Below, one piece after another: positions 11,703 through 22,377 of a stretch of 35,508 nucleotides of DNA. The notes below the pieces were generated by a model. That model saw nothing but the letters and a program-made list of their open reading frames with translations. It was not told the DNA's origin and ran no database searches. The stretch's first letter is position 1. Every line of letters starts with the position of its first letter. A program made the position numbers and the translations under genes. Source of the stretch: Macrostomum lignano (taxonomy: Eukaryota); contig NIVC01004767.1 in the NCBI GenBank assembly GCA_002269645.1, positions 1-35,508 on the forward strand, written 5' to 3'.

Positions 11703-11781
11703 GTGTTATCTCTGCTAGCGCTTTCAGCCGACGGAAAGACTATAATGGAGGCGAAAAATTCCAGCAGTCTTGGCGGCGCTG
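11703..11781 (+). CDS. Exon 3: short exon VLSLLALSADGKTIMEAKNSSSLGGA
   Basis: Acceptor cacctcAG, donor G|GTAAGT. Bridges phase 0 to phase 1 as the model requires. Confidence 0.72.
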
Positions 11782-12282
11782 GTAAGTAGTATATGTTGCG
11801 AATTTTGCACTTTTGTATAAACTTATTGACGTTATTAAAAAGGTTTCCCTGACACTTCTGCAACTTCTAACATTCATAGGCGAAGTAATTTTTGCCCAAT
11901 ACATGTTTATAACAATCTAATTATTTCTTGCTTGAGATTGGTTAACAAAAGGTCAAAGGGTGCGACTGGCTAACTTACATTTATGTACTTCTAACGATAC
12001 TAAGTATTCGAGTGCTGATAATGCTTTGCGCTGCAATGTTATTAATCAGAGTCAAACGATGCACCGATGTCATTAAATTTTGATCATTATAACCGCTGAC
12101 CTCCCAGCTGATGTGCAAGCGAAAAACCCGCATTATACTCGTATGTGCTATGCGTGACACCGAATCATGAGTTACGCGCAACTTCAAGCAGGGACACTGG
12201 ATGTGAGGAAACCATTAACCAAGCCAGTCTAGCTAATACTTAGATTTTTCTGAGACAGATCTCTTTAGAAAGTCATATTCTT

Positions 12283-12633
12283 CAGACCCTTAGACAGACA
12301 GACCCTTAGACAGACAGACCCTTAGACAGACAGACCCTTAGACAGACAGACCCTAAACAGACAGACCATCGACAGACAGACCATCGACAGACAGACCATC
12401 GACAGACAGACCATGGACAGACAGACCCTAAACAGACAGACCATCGACAGACAGACCATCGACAGACAGACCATGGACAGACAGACCATGGACAGACAGA
12501 CCATAGACAGACAGACCATAGACTGACAGACCATAGACAGACCCATAGACAGACCCCTAGACAGACAGACCCCTGGGCAGACAGACCCATAGATAGACAC
12601 ACCCTTGGACAGACAGACCATATTAGACAGACA
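12283..12633. repeat. GACA-based minisatellite (AGACAGACAGACCCTT/CCAT variants, about 15-16 bp)
   Basis: Direct reading; source of the VCLSM ORFs. Confidence 0.92.
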
Positions 12634-15404
12634 GGTCAAGCGCCTTTGAAGCCAGCATCCTTGTTAAGTTCTAAAAGCTTGACCCAAAGCATCCGGTACT
12701 CGTTGCAATTATTTACCCATTACGTTGCAATAAATCAGTAAACTGCTTATTCAATGTTTAATAATCGTATTAAAGGAGTCGAAATCGCATTGTACCAAAG
12801 TAAAAGTTTAGAAAGAAAAAACAATGATGAAAATTATCGACCTCGAAATGAATTTTTGTAGCCAACGGACCAGGGCCGGAGGCATCAGAAATTGAATTGG
12901 GCATGCAACATGACCAACCGCAGCTTGGTACTCAATCATTATTAATCTCTTTGTATTGTTCTGCGCCATTTAGTGAGCTTACAGCTCATGCCAACCTTTA
13001 TTTTCATTAGCTATAGTTATAGTGTCTGACGTCTAAATGCATTTTCAGTTCACACGACGCTTTTCCTTCTTACTTACATGTAATATAGTAGACATTGTTT
13101 TAGCTAAGCAACTATTGCTATTATCCATTAGCTATAATTATATTTACTTTTGTTTCTAGTTGACTGTCTCACCTGCATGCTATAGTTAGTTATGTCGAAT
13201 TATAGTTTTATTTGACCCTTATGAGTGGAAAATAACTTTGGTTTTTATCCTGCATTGACAGCGGCAGTAGAATGATTTTACACTCCGTTTTCTTAGAAAC
13301 GATCTGGAGGAACGTATATTGTCGGCTGATTTTCCATGCAAGAATGGCATTCTTGCACTCTTTTGCGTGCAGGAATGGATGTCTATGGTAAAATCTCACT
13401 GAAAAAGCATTAGGCGCAGAAATGCATTCCTGCACAGTTTTGTGCATTCCTGCACGATGAATCATCCGACAATGGAATTCCTTCACGTTCACTCGTGCGT
13501 GAAGGACATCGTGCACTCGTGCGCTAGCGCGCACTCGTGCAGATGTCATTCCCGCACTCGTGACCGTGCAGGAATATATCATTCCTGCTTGATTTTGCAG
13601 GCAAGACTGCTTAAGAAATGGCCCATTCTCTGCCCGATATCGGGCTGGGCCATAGACGAAGCCGAAACGATTGTATTTAAAACGTTAAAAGTGCAACATT
13701 ACAAAGAGGACAACAGTAACGATTTAATATAGTCTTGTGGTGCAACCCACGCCGTCGTTACAGTACATGGCGTTCAGAGGTACTCACTTATAGGAAAAAT
13801 AGAACACTGGATCCATTTTTCTCTAGCACTGCAGTCGGCAGAACTCCATTAAAGTCCCTTTGTTCGCAGTCAGTATCAGAATTTCTCCACACACTGTCTT
13901 GTTTTTGTTTCGGTAGAGACGACGCGTGAGGCATTCTCCACATCCAAAATGGCGCTCACTTCATCACTTGTTAGCTCCCGGAGTTGATTGTCGCTGCTCG
14001 CTTCAGCAGAAAGATCGTTTACTAGATCATCCAACAGGCCGTTGTCGAGCGCCTTGCTGACTCCAATTCCAGGCACAGGCAAGCCAGTGTACTGATTGAA
14101 CATTCGCCCACGGCCACGGAGTTGGCATACAAAGTCGATTTCTTCGCGCTGCAACCCAGAAATCTCGCCTCCTTCTTACAGGAGTAGTCTATCATGTTCT
14201 CAGAACGCTCGGGTCAGGAGTTAATGAAATTCATTTTTAATAAAAAGTTAGACTAATTACGAGCGTATTACTTTGTCAGTCGCTCTTTTAGGCTCAGAGC
14301 TAAAATGAAATACAGTTTGCATTTTGTGCCATAGACAAATTCCATTTTCTTGCGGGCCGAGAATCAGGACTTGCACTGAACTTAGACTGAAGCAAATGCA
14401 GTTTGACTCGCGGGCCGAAGAATGTCGTTTCTCGGCCCGCCCGCAAAATCAAGAAGGAATACAAATCCAGCAGGTTATCTAGGGCAAAAAGTCGGAAATC
14501 CTCGTGCCGCTTCGCGGCCCTCGGATTCTCCTCCTTTCTGCCCTAGAAAGCCTGAAGGATTTATATATTTGTCGTTAAAGAACGCTAAATGGGGTTTGGC
14601 CACAGACAAATCGATTAATCAAATACAAATCAAGATACAAATCAATTATGTCGAGAAAAACATAATTTCGCGATAAGACAAATGTACGAGTACGTTCCTT
14701 CACAGGGCTCCACTCGTTTCTAAGGAAATCAAGCGTAGCGCTCTACTCGAGTTGTCTTTTAATTTATACAGCTTTCCTAAGTTAGAATTCTTATTAGTTA
14801 AAATCTATTTATTTAGTAAAACAAATTTATATGGCTACAGTACACGTTTCTTCAAGTCTGTCTGTTAACACCCATTTTGATCGCAGTTGCGGTTTCAAAA
14901 AATATTTTTCCGATCATCTTTAGCCCCAATTATCCTCAAAGAGAATCGTTAGTTTTTTTGAAATAAAAGAATTCTTACCTTGCTTGACAAAAACGAATAG
15001 ATTTTATGCGATATTTCCATTTAGTCATTAGTTCCAATGTCTATATGCGTACGTAGGCAGTTAAACATGGTTTCAAGTTAGTGCAGTGGAACACTTATTT
15101 TCTAGTCTTATATCTGCCCGCTTACGGATAAAATAATTTTGTTTCTTACATTTGTAGTCGAATTGCTGTGAGTTATACTTTCTAAGGCAGCTTCTGATGT
15201 TGGAACAGAAGCTGAATAACAAACCGTCCATCGCAGCATCCCTAGCGTAACACGCAATAAAATTCGAAAACTATCCAACTCAAAGTAGTATGTAGCGAGT
15301 TAAGACGGACTTGTGAAGCGACTCTGAATAAACCTGGAATTCTGGATTCTTCCGAATAAGCCTAAAGCAGTGTTGAAGCACTTTAACCAAATTCGTTGTT
15401 GCAG

Positions 15405-15835
15405 TACACATGGTGAGCGTATCGTTCGAGAACGACGTCGAGAGCGGCTACATGCTACACTTCAGCTTCCCAGCCGGCATCCGCGTTGAGGATGGTGTCC
15501 AGCGCGTGCCAGGCGTGTTCGGCCGAGCTCTGCGACTACCTGGCAGCACCAATAGTTTCGTGAAGATCCAAGCTGGGCACTCATGCCTTACCGATCTGCA
15601 GTGGTGTCACCAGGGTCTTACCGTCCGACTCTGGCTGCGACCTCTGGGTGGATCTGTCTCGGGCGGGGAGAGCATCCTGCTCTCCGCCAGGGGCTACGAG
15701 GTGGTCATCCAGTCAGCCAGGCTCATTGTTCGAGCTAGAACTGACGAATCTGTGTGGGTCTCCCGAGGTCAACGTCTGACGTTTAACGCTTGGCAACTGA
15801 TTGAGTTTAGCTGGGAGAGGCGGCAAGGATTGCAG
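15405..15835 (+). CDS. Exon 4: pentraxin/LamG-like domain 2
   Basis: Acceptor gttgcAG. GVFGRALRL...SCLTDLQWCHQGLTVRLWL...WQLIEFSW...GLQ. Donor CAG|GTAGGT. Confidence 0.9.
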
Positions 15836-16036
15836 GTAGGTCGCACGAGCTTCATTAGATTGGATAGTTGCTTAAGACGTTTATAAGTTTGTCTACCTCA
15901 TGCAGATGAATTATAGACTGCTAGGTAGATTATTGACGCTATCATGACGTAACTAACAATGTCAATTTCAAATAGAGAGTTACACAGACCCATTTCGTTA
16001 ACAAATAATTATTTGATCCACAAATACACATATCAG

Positions 16037-16971
16037 GTTTACATCAACGGCTCCCTAGTCGACTCGATGGCGGTGCCAACGGCAGACTTTTCAACTAAAG
16101 CGGGTCTGTCTGCCGATACTGCGATTTACCTTGGCTCCGCTGTAAACGTCCGAGGCCGCTCGTCGCCCAACTGCGACATCGACGAGCTGCAGCTCTGGGA
16201 GGCAAGTCGAGACGAACTGATCGCTCGTCGGAAGCTCACGCTTGTCGTTGAACCAAACGCCTACATCTGGGACGGCATTGCTCGGCATCGTTTCGTCGGC
16301 GGAACAGCTAGCCCGAGTGTTCAGGCCGTTGTCAGAGGCTACCCTCGAGTGGAGACCGCGCCACCAGGCATGGGCACCGGACTTCGCATGAGCCTAGACC
16401 GGGACTCCATCGTGTTCAATGAGAACATTGTGTGCCTAGGCGATCCGCTCAACTATTGCCCCGAAGGCTTTGCAATGGTTCTACCGCTGAAGTTCGAAGG
16501 CCCGGTGTCGAATGTGCCAATCATTTCTAGTGACACTCTCGAGGTGAGCGCTGATGCGACCCGATTAATCGTCCAATTCCGGCTTAGTCGGCACATCTGG
16601 AAAGCCGCACTGCCAGCTAGTCGCATCCCCGATGGCACCTGGTTTGTGATGTCGATCAGCTGGCAGCTGCACGAAGGCCTCCTGGTGTACATCAACGACG
16701 CCCTAGTGACTTCGGCCTACCAAGCTGGTTTGCACGATGCTCGCGACGCCGGCGAAGAGTTGATTGTGGGCTCAAATCCAAGGTTTGCCTACACAAGACA
16801 GGTGATGCATATTGGCACAATCACCTGGTGGAACGCTCGCTACTCGTACGTGCTGAACCGGGCAGCATTACGGATGCGAACAGACTACCCGGCTGTGAAT
16901 ATCATCGATGGGCCTGGCAATTATCAGAACCAGCAGCCGGCTACGCCTGTTCAAATGGCCAGGATTGGCAG
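16037..16971 (+). CDS. Exon 5: end of domain 2 and pentraxin/LamG-like domain 3
   Basis: Acceptor tatcAG. VYINGSLV...IYLG...DIDELQLW...CLGDPLNYCPEGF...WFVMSISW...GLLVYIND. Donor AG|GTCAGT, phase 2. Confidence 0.9.
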
Positions 16972-17147
16972 GTCAGTTAGTTTACCTCAGTCAGTAGTTT
17001 CGAATTTTTGAAAAGCTCGCAATTGAGCTAAGAACCTATTGATATCGTCAAGTCAATACGACTGCATTTTAGCTTCAGTGGCTTGTACCCGTTGAAAAGG
17101 CACCAGATTTAGTAGTACATTCGATTCTTATTATTCAATCACAACAG

Positions 17148-17292
17148 ATCCGGTCAGATCATCTACCGATTCTCCGGTGTGCCTGACAACTACGATCAGT
17201 CACTCAATCTGACATTTGCCACTCGAGAGAGGAACGCTCTGCTATGGCACTCGTTTAGAGAGCCGAACACTACGATAACAGTGTTCCTTAAG
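17148..17292 (+). CDS. Exon 6: start of a laminin-G domain
   Basis: Acceptor acaacAG. SLNLTFATRERNALLW...ITVFLK. Donor AAG|GTAATT. Confidence 0.85.
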
Positions 17293-17416
17293 GTAATTGC
17301 TTCAGGTGTACATCAATTTTGCTGAAACCAGTGTTATGAAGGATAAGGTCTGATAAGTGATCAGGTGCAACTGTATCAGGAAACAGATTAATAGAATTAC
17401 TAATTAAATCTTGCAG

Positions 17417-18321
17417 GATGGAAACTTGAAAATTGTCTACGAAAGAGTGGAAGACAGCCGAAGCAGCGTTGCCGCAATTTCGCACACGACAAAAGAAGAA
17501 ATCACTGTCAAGCTCGATAGTATGAACATAGCGGATGGTTATCCACATAACGTGTTTATCCAGAAACTCGGCGACACTTTAGACATTACAATTGATCGGC
17601 GAGGATTTGAACGTCACCGGGTGAGCAACGAAGGCTTCTGGCTCGTTCCCGACAGAGGTATGGTGCATGTAGCAGAGCACAGAGCCCTCCCAGAATACCC
17701 CGGCTTCGTAGGGGACCTATCTGGTCTGTACGTACGCGTTGGCTCTCGGCTGCGCTGGAATCTTTTAGAAAATATTGGCGGTCGCAATCCACGTCCGGAT
17801 GTTCCATTTAGCATCAATGGCGACGTGCGCATCGTGTATGAGCGACCGCCTCCTCCGGACAGGGGCAGCAGTGGTGGCTCTGGTGGCAGCACAGGCGGTG
17901 GCAGCCCAGGTTCCGGCGGCGTTAGACCAGGCGGAGGTGGTTCCGGCGGCGTTAGACCAGGTGGTGGTGGTTCCGGCGGCGTTAGACCAGGCGGTGGTGG
18001 TTCCGGTGGCGTTAGACCAGGCGGTGGTGGTTCCGGCGGCGTTAGACCAGGCGGTGGTGGTTCCGGTGGCGTTAGACCAGGCGGTGGTGGTGGCATCAGC
18101 GGCGGCATCAGCGGTGGCGGTGGTGGTGGCATCAGCGGCGGCATCAGCGGTGGCGGTGGTGGCAGCAGACCCAACGGTGGTGACGGAATCCCTAGTGGAG
18201 GCAAAAAAGCATCATTCACCCTCGAGGGTGACAAACTAACAATGTCCACCTTTGATCGACTTAATCGCCGAATTGAAATCGAGTTTTTAACAAACGAACC
18301 CCGTGGAGTACTGTTTTACGC
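17417..18321 (+). CDS. Exon 7: LamG C-half, Gly-rich repeat linker, start of next LamG
   Basis: Acceptor cttgcAG. DGNLKIVY...IADGYPHNVFIQK...FVGDLSGL, (GSGGVRPGGG)x6, IEIEFLTNEPRGVLFY. Donor GC|GTGAGT. Confidence 0.9.
17909..18170 (+). repeat. Coding minisatellite: 30-bp unit x6 plus 36-bp unit x2 encoding a Gly-rich linker
   Basis: GGTTCCGGCGGCGTTAGACCAGGCGGTGGT at 17909, 17939, 17969, 17999, 18029 and 18059, in frame. Confidence 0.95.
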
Positions 18322-18427
18322 GTGAGTTCAATTATCTGTATTACATGAGAACGATGTTCTTGTTTTAATTTAGCATAATGCATAAATACGAGTATAAAAA
18401 TAATTGTCTGATTTCTATGATCAACAG

Positions 18428-18844
18428 AGGATACGACGGTGGACCCACGGGCAGAAACAGTTTTCTGCTTCTGGAGATCTTCGACGGCGTATTTTACCTG
18501 GTTGTCGGGCCGCCCTCCATGGAAGTTGTGACAGACGAACGGTACCGCTTCCGGCTGAGCGCGGACGGCCAGCTGGTGGACGACCTAATATCGCATAAAG
18601 TTCGGTTGTGGATCGACGGACGACGGCCTGCGGTCGAGTTTGAAGGCGTCAGGAAGTCGCTTGGTGACGAGTCCCAACTAGAAAACGACTGGTTGTTCAA
18701 CACGTTCACTTACATCGGCTTCGACGCGGAGGATCGACTGCCGTTTCTCTGCTGGTCGCGAGTCAGATTCCAGGGCTGCATCAATTACATTATGACTGGT
18801 GATGAGTCGGACCAAACCTCTTGGTTCTACATGCAACCGGAAAA
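18428..18844 (+). CDS. Exon 8: laminin-G domain
   Basis: Acceptor caacAG. FLLLEIFDGVFYLVV...VDDLISHKV...TYIG...FQGCI. Donor AA|GTTAGT chosen because it supplies the phase 2 that exon 9 needs. Confidence 0.85.
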
Positions 18845-19032
18845 GTTAGTAACTACTTAAACAGCATACAATATGCAAAATGTTTGTGTTTATTTTGTCT
18901 ATAGGTCTGTCTGTGCACCAACATGCACAATGTAGTAGTTTAGGAGACTTTGTTCCATACCTTGTCATTAGCTAGTCTGACATATTAACAGAGCATCTGC
19001 ACGGATCTTTTACCGAAACCTTACAACTGCAG

Positions 19033-19361
19033 CCTGGTGGAGCACCAGGCGGATATCACTGGCCGTAAGTCAAACTGCCACCTGCCCAAGATGCTGCCCT
19101 GCAACGAACCGGTGCTTAACATCACCCGCCACCCCGTGGATCTGTGCTTCTCCATGGACAAATACGGCATGACCAGCAGCGACACCTGTTCCAATCGGTG
19201 GCGAAAGAATCACGAAGTGATCGACAACGTTGGCGCCTTGACGAGCGGCTCGGGCCAAATGCCAACAAAGAATTTCTTCTGCGACTGTCGGCACTCGAAG
19301 TTTACTCGGGCCACGCCGGACGACAATGAATTCTCGTTCGTTGGCGCACCCTGCATTCGGT
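19033..19361 (+). CDS. Exon 9: EGF-like module with insertions
   Basis: Acceptor actgcAG. CSNRW...NFFCDCRHSKF...FVGAPC resembles the neurexin-type EGF between LamG domains. Donor T|GTAAGC. Confidence 0.82.
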
Positions 19362-19678
19362 GTAAGCGACTTTCGTCATCATGTGCCTGTTCACGGTCGA
19401 GAGGAATGAACCTCATTCTCCCCTCCCCAAAGGATAGAAGCTATCCCATGACACCTGATCTCCATTTCCCTGAAAATAAGACTTTCGATGATTCTACATT
19501 CTACATGTACATACATTGCTCCGACAGCGAAGCCACCCCCTCAGATAACCCGCTACCATTATCGTACTATGTGATAAGTGACGTCCTTTCGCCACAGGCA
19601 AATGATATAAAGCCATGTGTGGACATTTCTCAGAGTCTTTTTTTAGTTCTGTTTCTACTTTTTTTAAACAATTTCCAG

Positions 19679-19941
19679 CCGCCCCGCTAATGGTTCTGGA
19701 CGGCAACGAGAGATACCTGGTCGCTCGATTTAGAGGAGCCAGCTCCCACTTGGAGACTCGTCACGACGACATCTCGATCCGGTTCAAGACCAGCGAACGA
19801 ACCGGCTGCATATTCAAAGCTTTTCGCATGGAGCCGAACATCTTTCTCGAGGCCTACCTTGACGATGGCAGTCCAGTCATCGCTACTAACATGCACTTCT
19901 CCGGACGAGAGGACCGCTTTCTAGACTCGAGTGCAAATCAG
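19679..19941 (+). CDS. Exon 10: neurexin-like LamG domain, N-part
   Basis: Acceptor tttccAG. LMVLDGNERYL...ETRHDDISIRFKTSERTGCIF...LEAYLDDG. Donor CAG|GTAGGC. Confidence 0.9.
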
Positions 19942-21424
19942 GTAGGCGCTCTAATCGCAGGTTTCTTCTACAGTAGCCTACTGTCAGTAGCACCTAGGTG
20001 TATAGGCACGATTTTTTTGTAATTAAAGTAATATTACTGATGCTGATACCTCGGGAGTTTTCGTATGTGTAAATCTTATACTTTTTAACGTAGACACTAT
20101 CAAATTTTCGCACGCATTTTTGGGGGACTGACTAATGTTTTGAGTGTAAACAAAGACATTAAAAATGGGTTATTTTTCAAACACGCATGCCATTGTGTAT
20201 TTTATTTTGCTTTGAAAAAACCAACCGATGTGTTTTGTTTGCTTTTTGGCAATTTTTTGAGAAAGAGTCAACAAAATTTTAGGAAGATATGTCATGAAAA
20301 GATTAGTAGCTATTGAGTATTCTTATTGAATTGGAAGTATTTAACAAATTACAAAATCTTCTTTTGCATGACAAGGTAATTATTGCTTACTTAACAGGCT
20401 TCTTAAGGAATGTTAACAAATATTTTAATCAAATGGTGGAGCGAAGTTTTTGTCTATTTGGACGTTATTAAATCGACAATTAATCAAATCCTTAACGCCC
20501 CTGACTTTCAGTGCACCACTCAGAGAGGAGTGTATATTGACTGTCAGGTAAAATAAATAGTTTGCATACGTTGGCTTGCCCATAATGTATAAATTATATT
20601 ATTCAACTCGAAGGTGTCTTTTACAGGAGATATATCTGTGATATCGAGGGCACAACTATTGTAGCCGGGACACCTGTCTTACATGTGACACACTGTAGAG
20701 AACATATGAAGTATCTATGGCACATCTTACAGGGAAGCACCTGTTTGATAGATGATGTTTCTGATGATGGTGATGACAGTGTAAACAACACCTGTCGTCG
20801 TATCCTAGCAGGTGACAACCATGCGGCTACATTAGGCTACCTAAACTGGCTACCTAATTAGATAGAAAACAACTATGTTCGATTGGTTTAGAATAGTAAT
20901 AATAATCCATATCTTAACTCTCATTCTAATAATTATTTCCAATATATTATCTATCTTTATGCATTTACCAACGCATCTATTGTAATAGGATCTAATAATC
21001 CTTCGAAAAAACATTTGTCCACCTTAGACAATCATTGATGTGTCTACATCAGTTGCACTGTACTTGCTAGCCATTATTTTACGGTGCACAATATACCAAT
21101 AGTTAGTCGTACTAATAATCCATATTTATGGCTAACCATCAACACAATGTTATCGGTGTGTCGTTATAAAAATTCTTCCGACCACTGTTTGGTAGCGGTC
21201 GTTTTTGATGTTTCTAATTTATACAAATTTATTAGCCGTTTATACGCTAAAGCTCCACGGTTATAATATTCGTACTCGTAAATGCATGAGCAATTTGTTC
21301 ACTGTACTGTGCGAAAAGTTAGTACTTGTTTTAATATGACTTAGGACTTAAGTAGTTGCTAGATCTAATAGAAAACGAACTGTCCTGTGAATCTTGCTTG
21401 AATGCAAACAATACCAAATTTCAG

Positions 21425-21560
21425 GTGCTCAGAGCGTCCTACACTGGGCCCAGGCGGGGCTACAACGATGACAGGTGGCACACGTTAATTATTAAACGAC
21501 GGGCTAATTACCTGGCCTTCTACGTTGACGACGACAGGCCTGGGATGGAGTTTCAGAAAG
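21425..21560 (+). CDS. Exon 11: LamG continuation
   Basis: Acceptor tttcAG. GYNDDRWHTLIIKRRANYLAFYVDD is a typical LamG ND..WH motif. Donor G|GTTAGT. Confidence 0.9.
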
Positions 21561-21636
21561 GTTAGTTATAGTAACTATAAGAATCCAAGATTGGTTTTTT
21601 CCTCTTTCGTTTAAAACATCTGGTCAACATGACGTC

Positions 21637-22238
21637 CTGTTACCAACTTGACGCCCATTTACCAACTTGATGCCTAGCTGTTACCAACTTGATGCCTAGC
21701 TGTTACCAACTTGATGCCTAGCTGTTACCAACTTGATGCCTAGCTGTTACCAACTTGATGCCTAGCTGTTACCAACTTGACGTTCAGTTACCAACTTGAC
21801 GCCCTGTTACCAACTTGACGCCCTGTTACCAAATTGACGCCCTGTTACCTCCTTGACGTTCCGTTACCAACTTGACACCCTGTTACCAACTTGATGCCTA
21901 GCTGTTACCAACTTGACGTTCAGTTTTCAACTTGACGCCCTGTTACCAACTTGACGCCCTGTTACCAAATTGACGCCCTGTTACCTCCTTGACGTTCCGT
22001 TACCAACTTGACACCCTGTTACCAACTTGATGCCTAGCTGTTACCAACTTGACGTTCAGTTTTCAACTTGACGCCCTGTTACCAACTTGACGCCCTGTTA
22101 CCAACTTGACGCCCTGTTACCAAATTGACGCCCTGTTACCTCCTTGACGTTCCGTTACCAACTTGACGCCCTGTTACCAACTTGACGCTCTGTTACCAAC
22201 TTGACGCCCTGCTACCAACTTGACGCCCTGTTTCCAAC
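21637..22238. repeat. 19/22-bp minisatellite TGTTACCAACTTGACGCCC / TGTTACCAACTTGATGCCTAGC
   Basis: Direct reading; mixed units with recurring variant blocks. Confidence 0.95.
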
Positions 22239-22377
22239 AAGTTTACTATCAATACTTATAATTTATTAACTTGACGTTCTGCAAACAGTCTTTTGGAGTT
22301 CTGACACTCACTCATAAACCTATGGTAGCTACATACGTTTAATGTCTAGCTTGCATTAAATCTAACATTTTCGACAG

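Noticed and set aside
17614-18249. Minus-strand Pro-rich ORF and other antisense or alternate-frame ORFs over GC-rich exons
   Set aside because: Shadows of the plus-strand coding exons; no independent splice or homology support.
20627-20860. Possible extra exon in intron 10 (acceptor ttttacAG plus open frame RYICDIEG...)
   Set aside because: The open frame needs phase 2 while intron 10 is phase 0, and the peptide has no LamG features.
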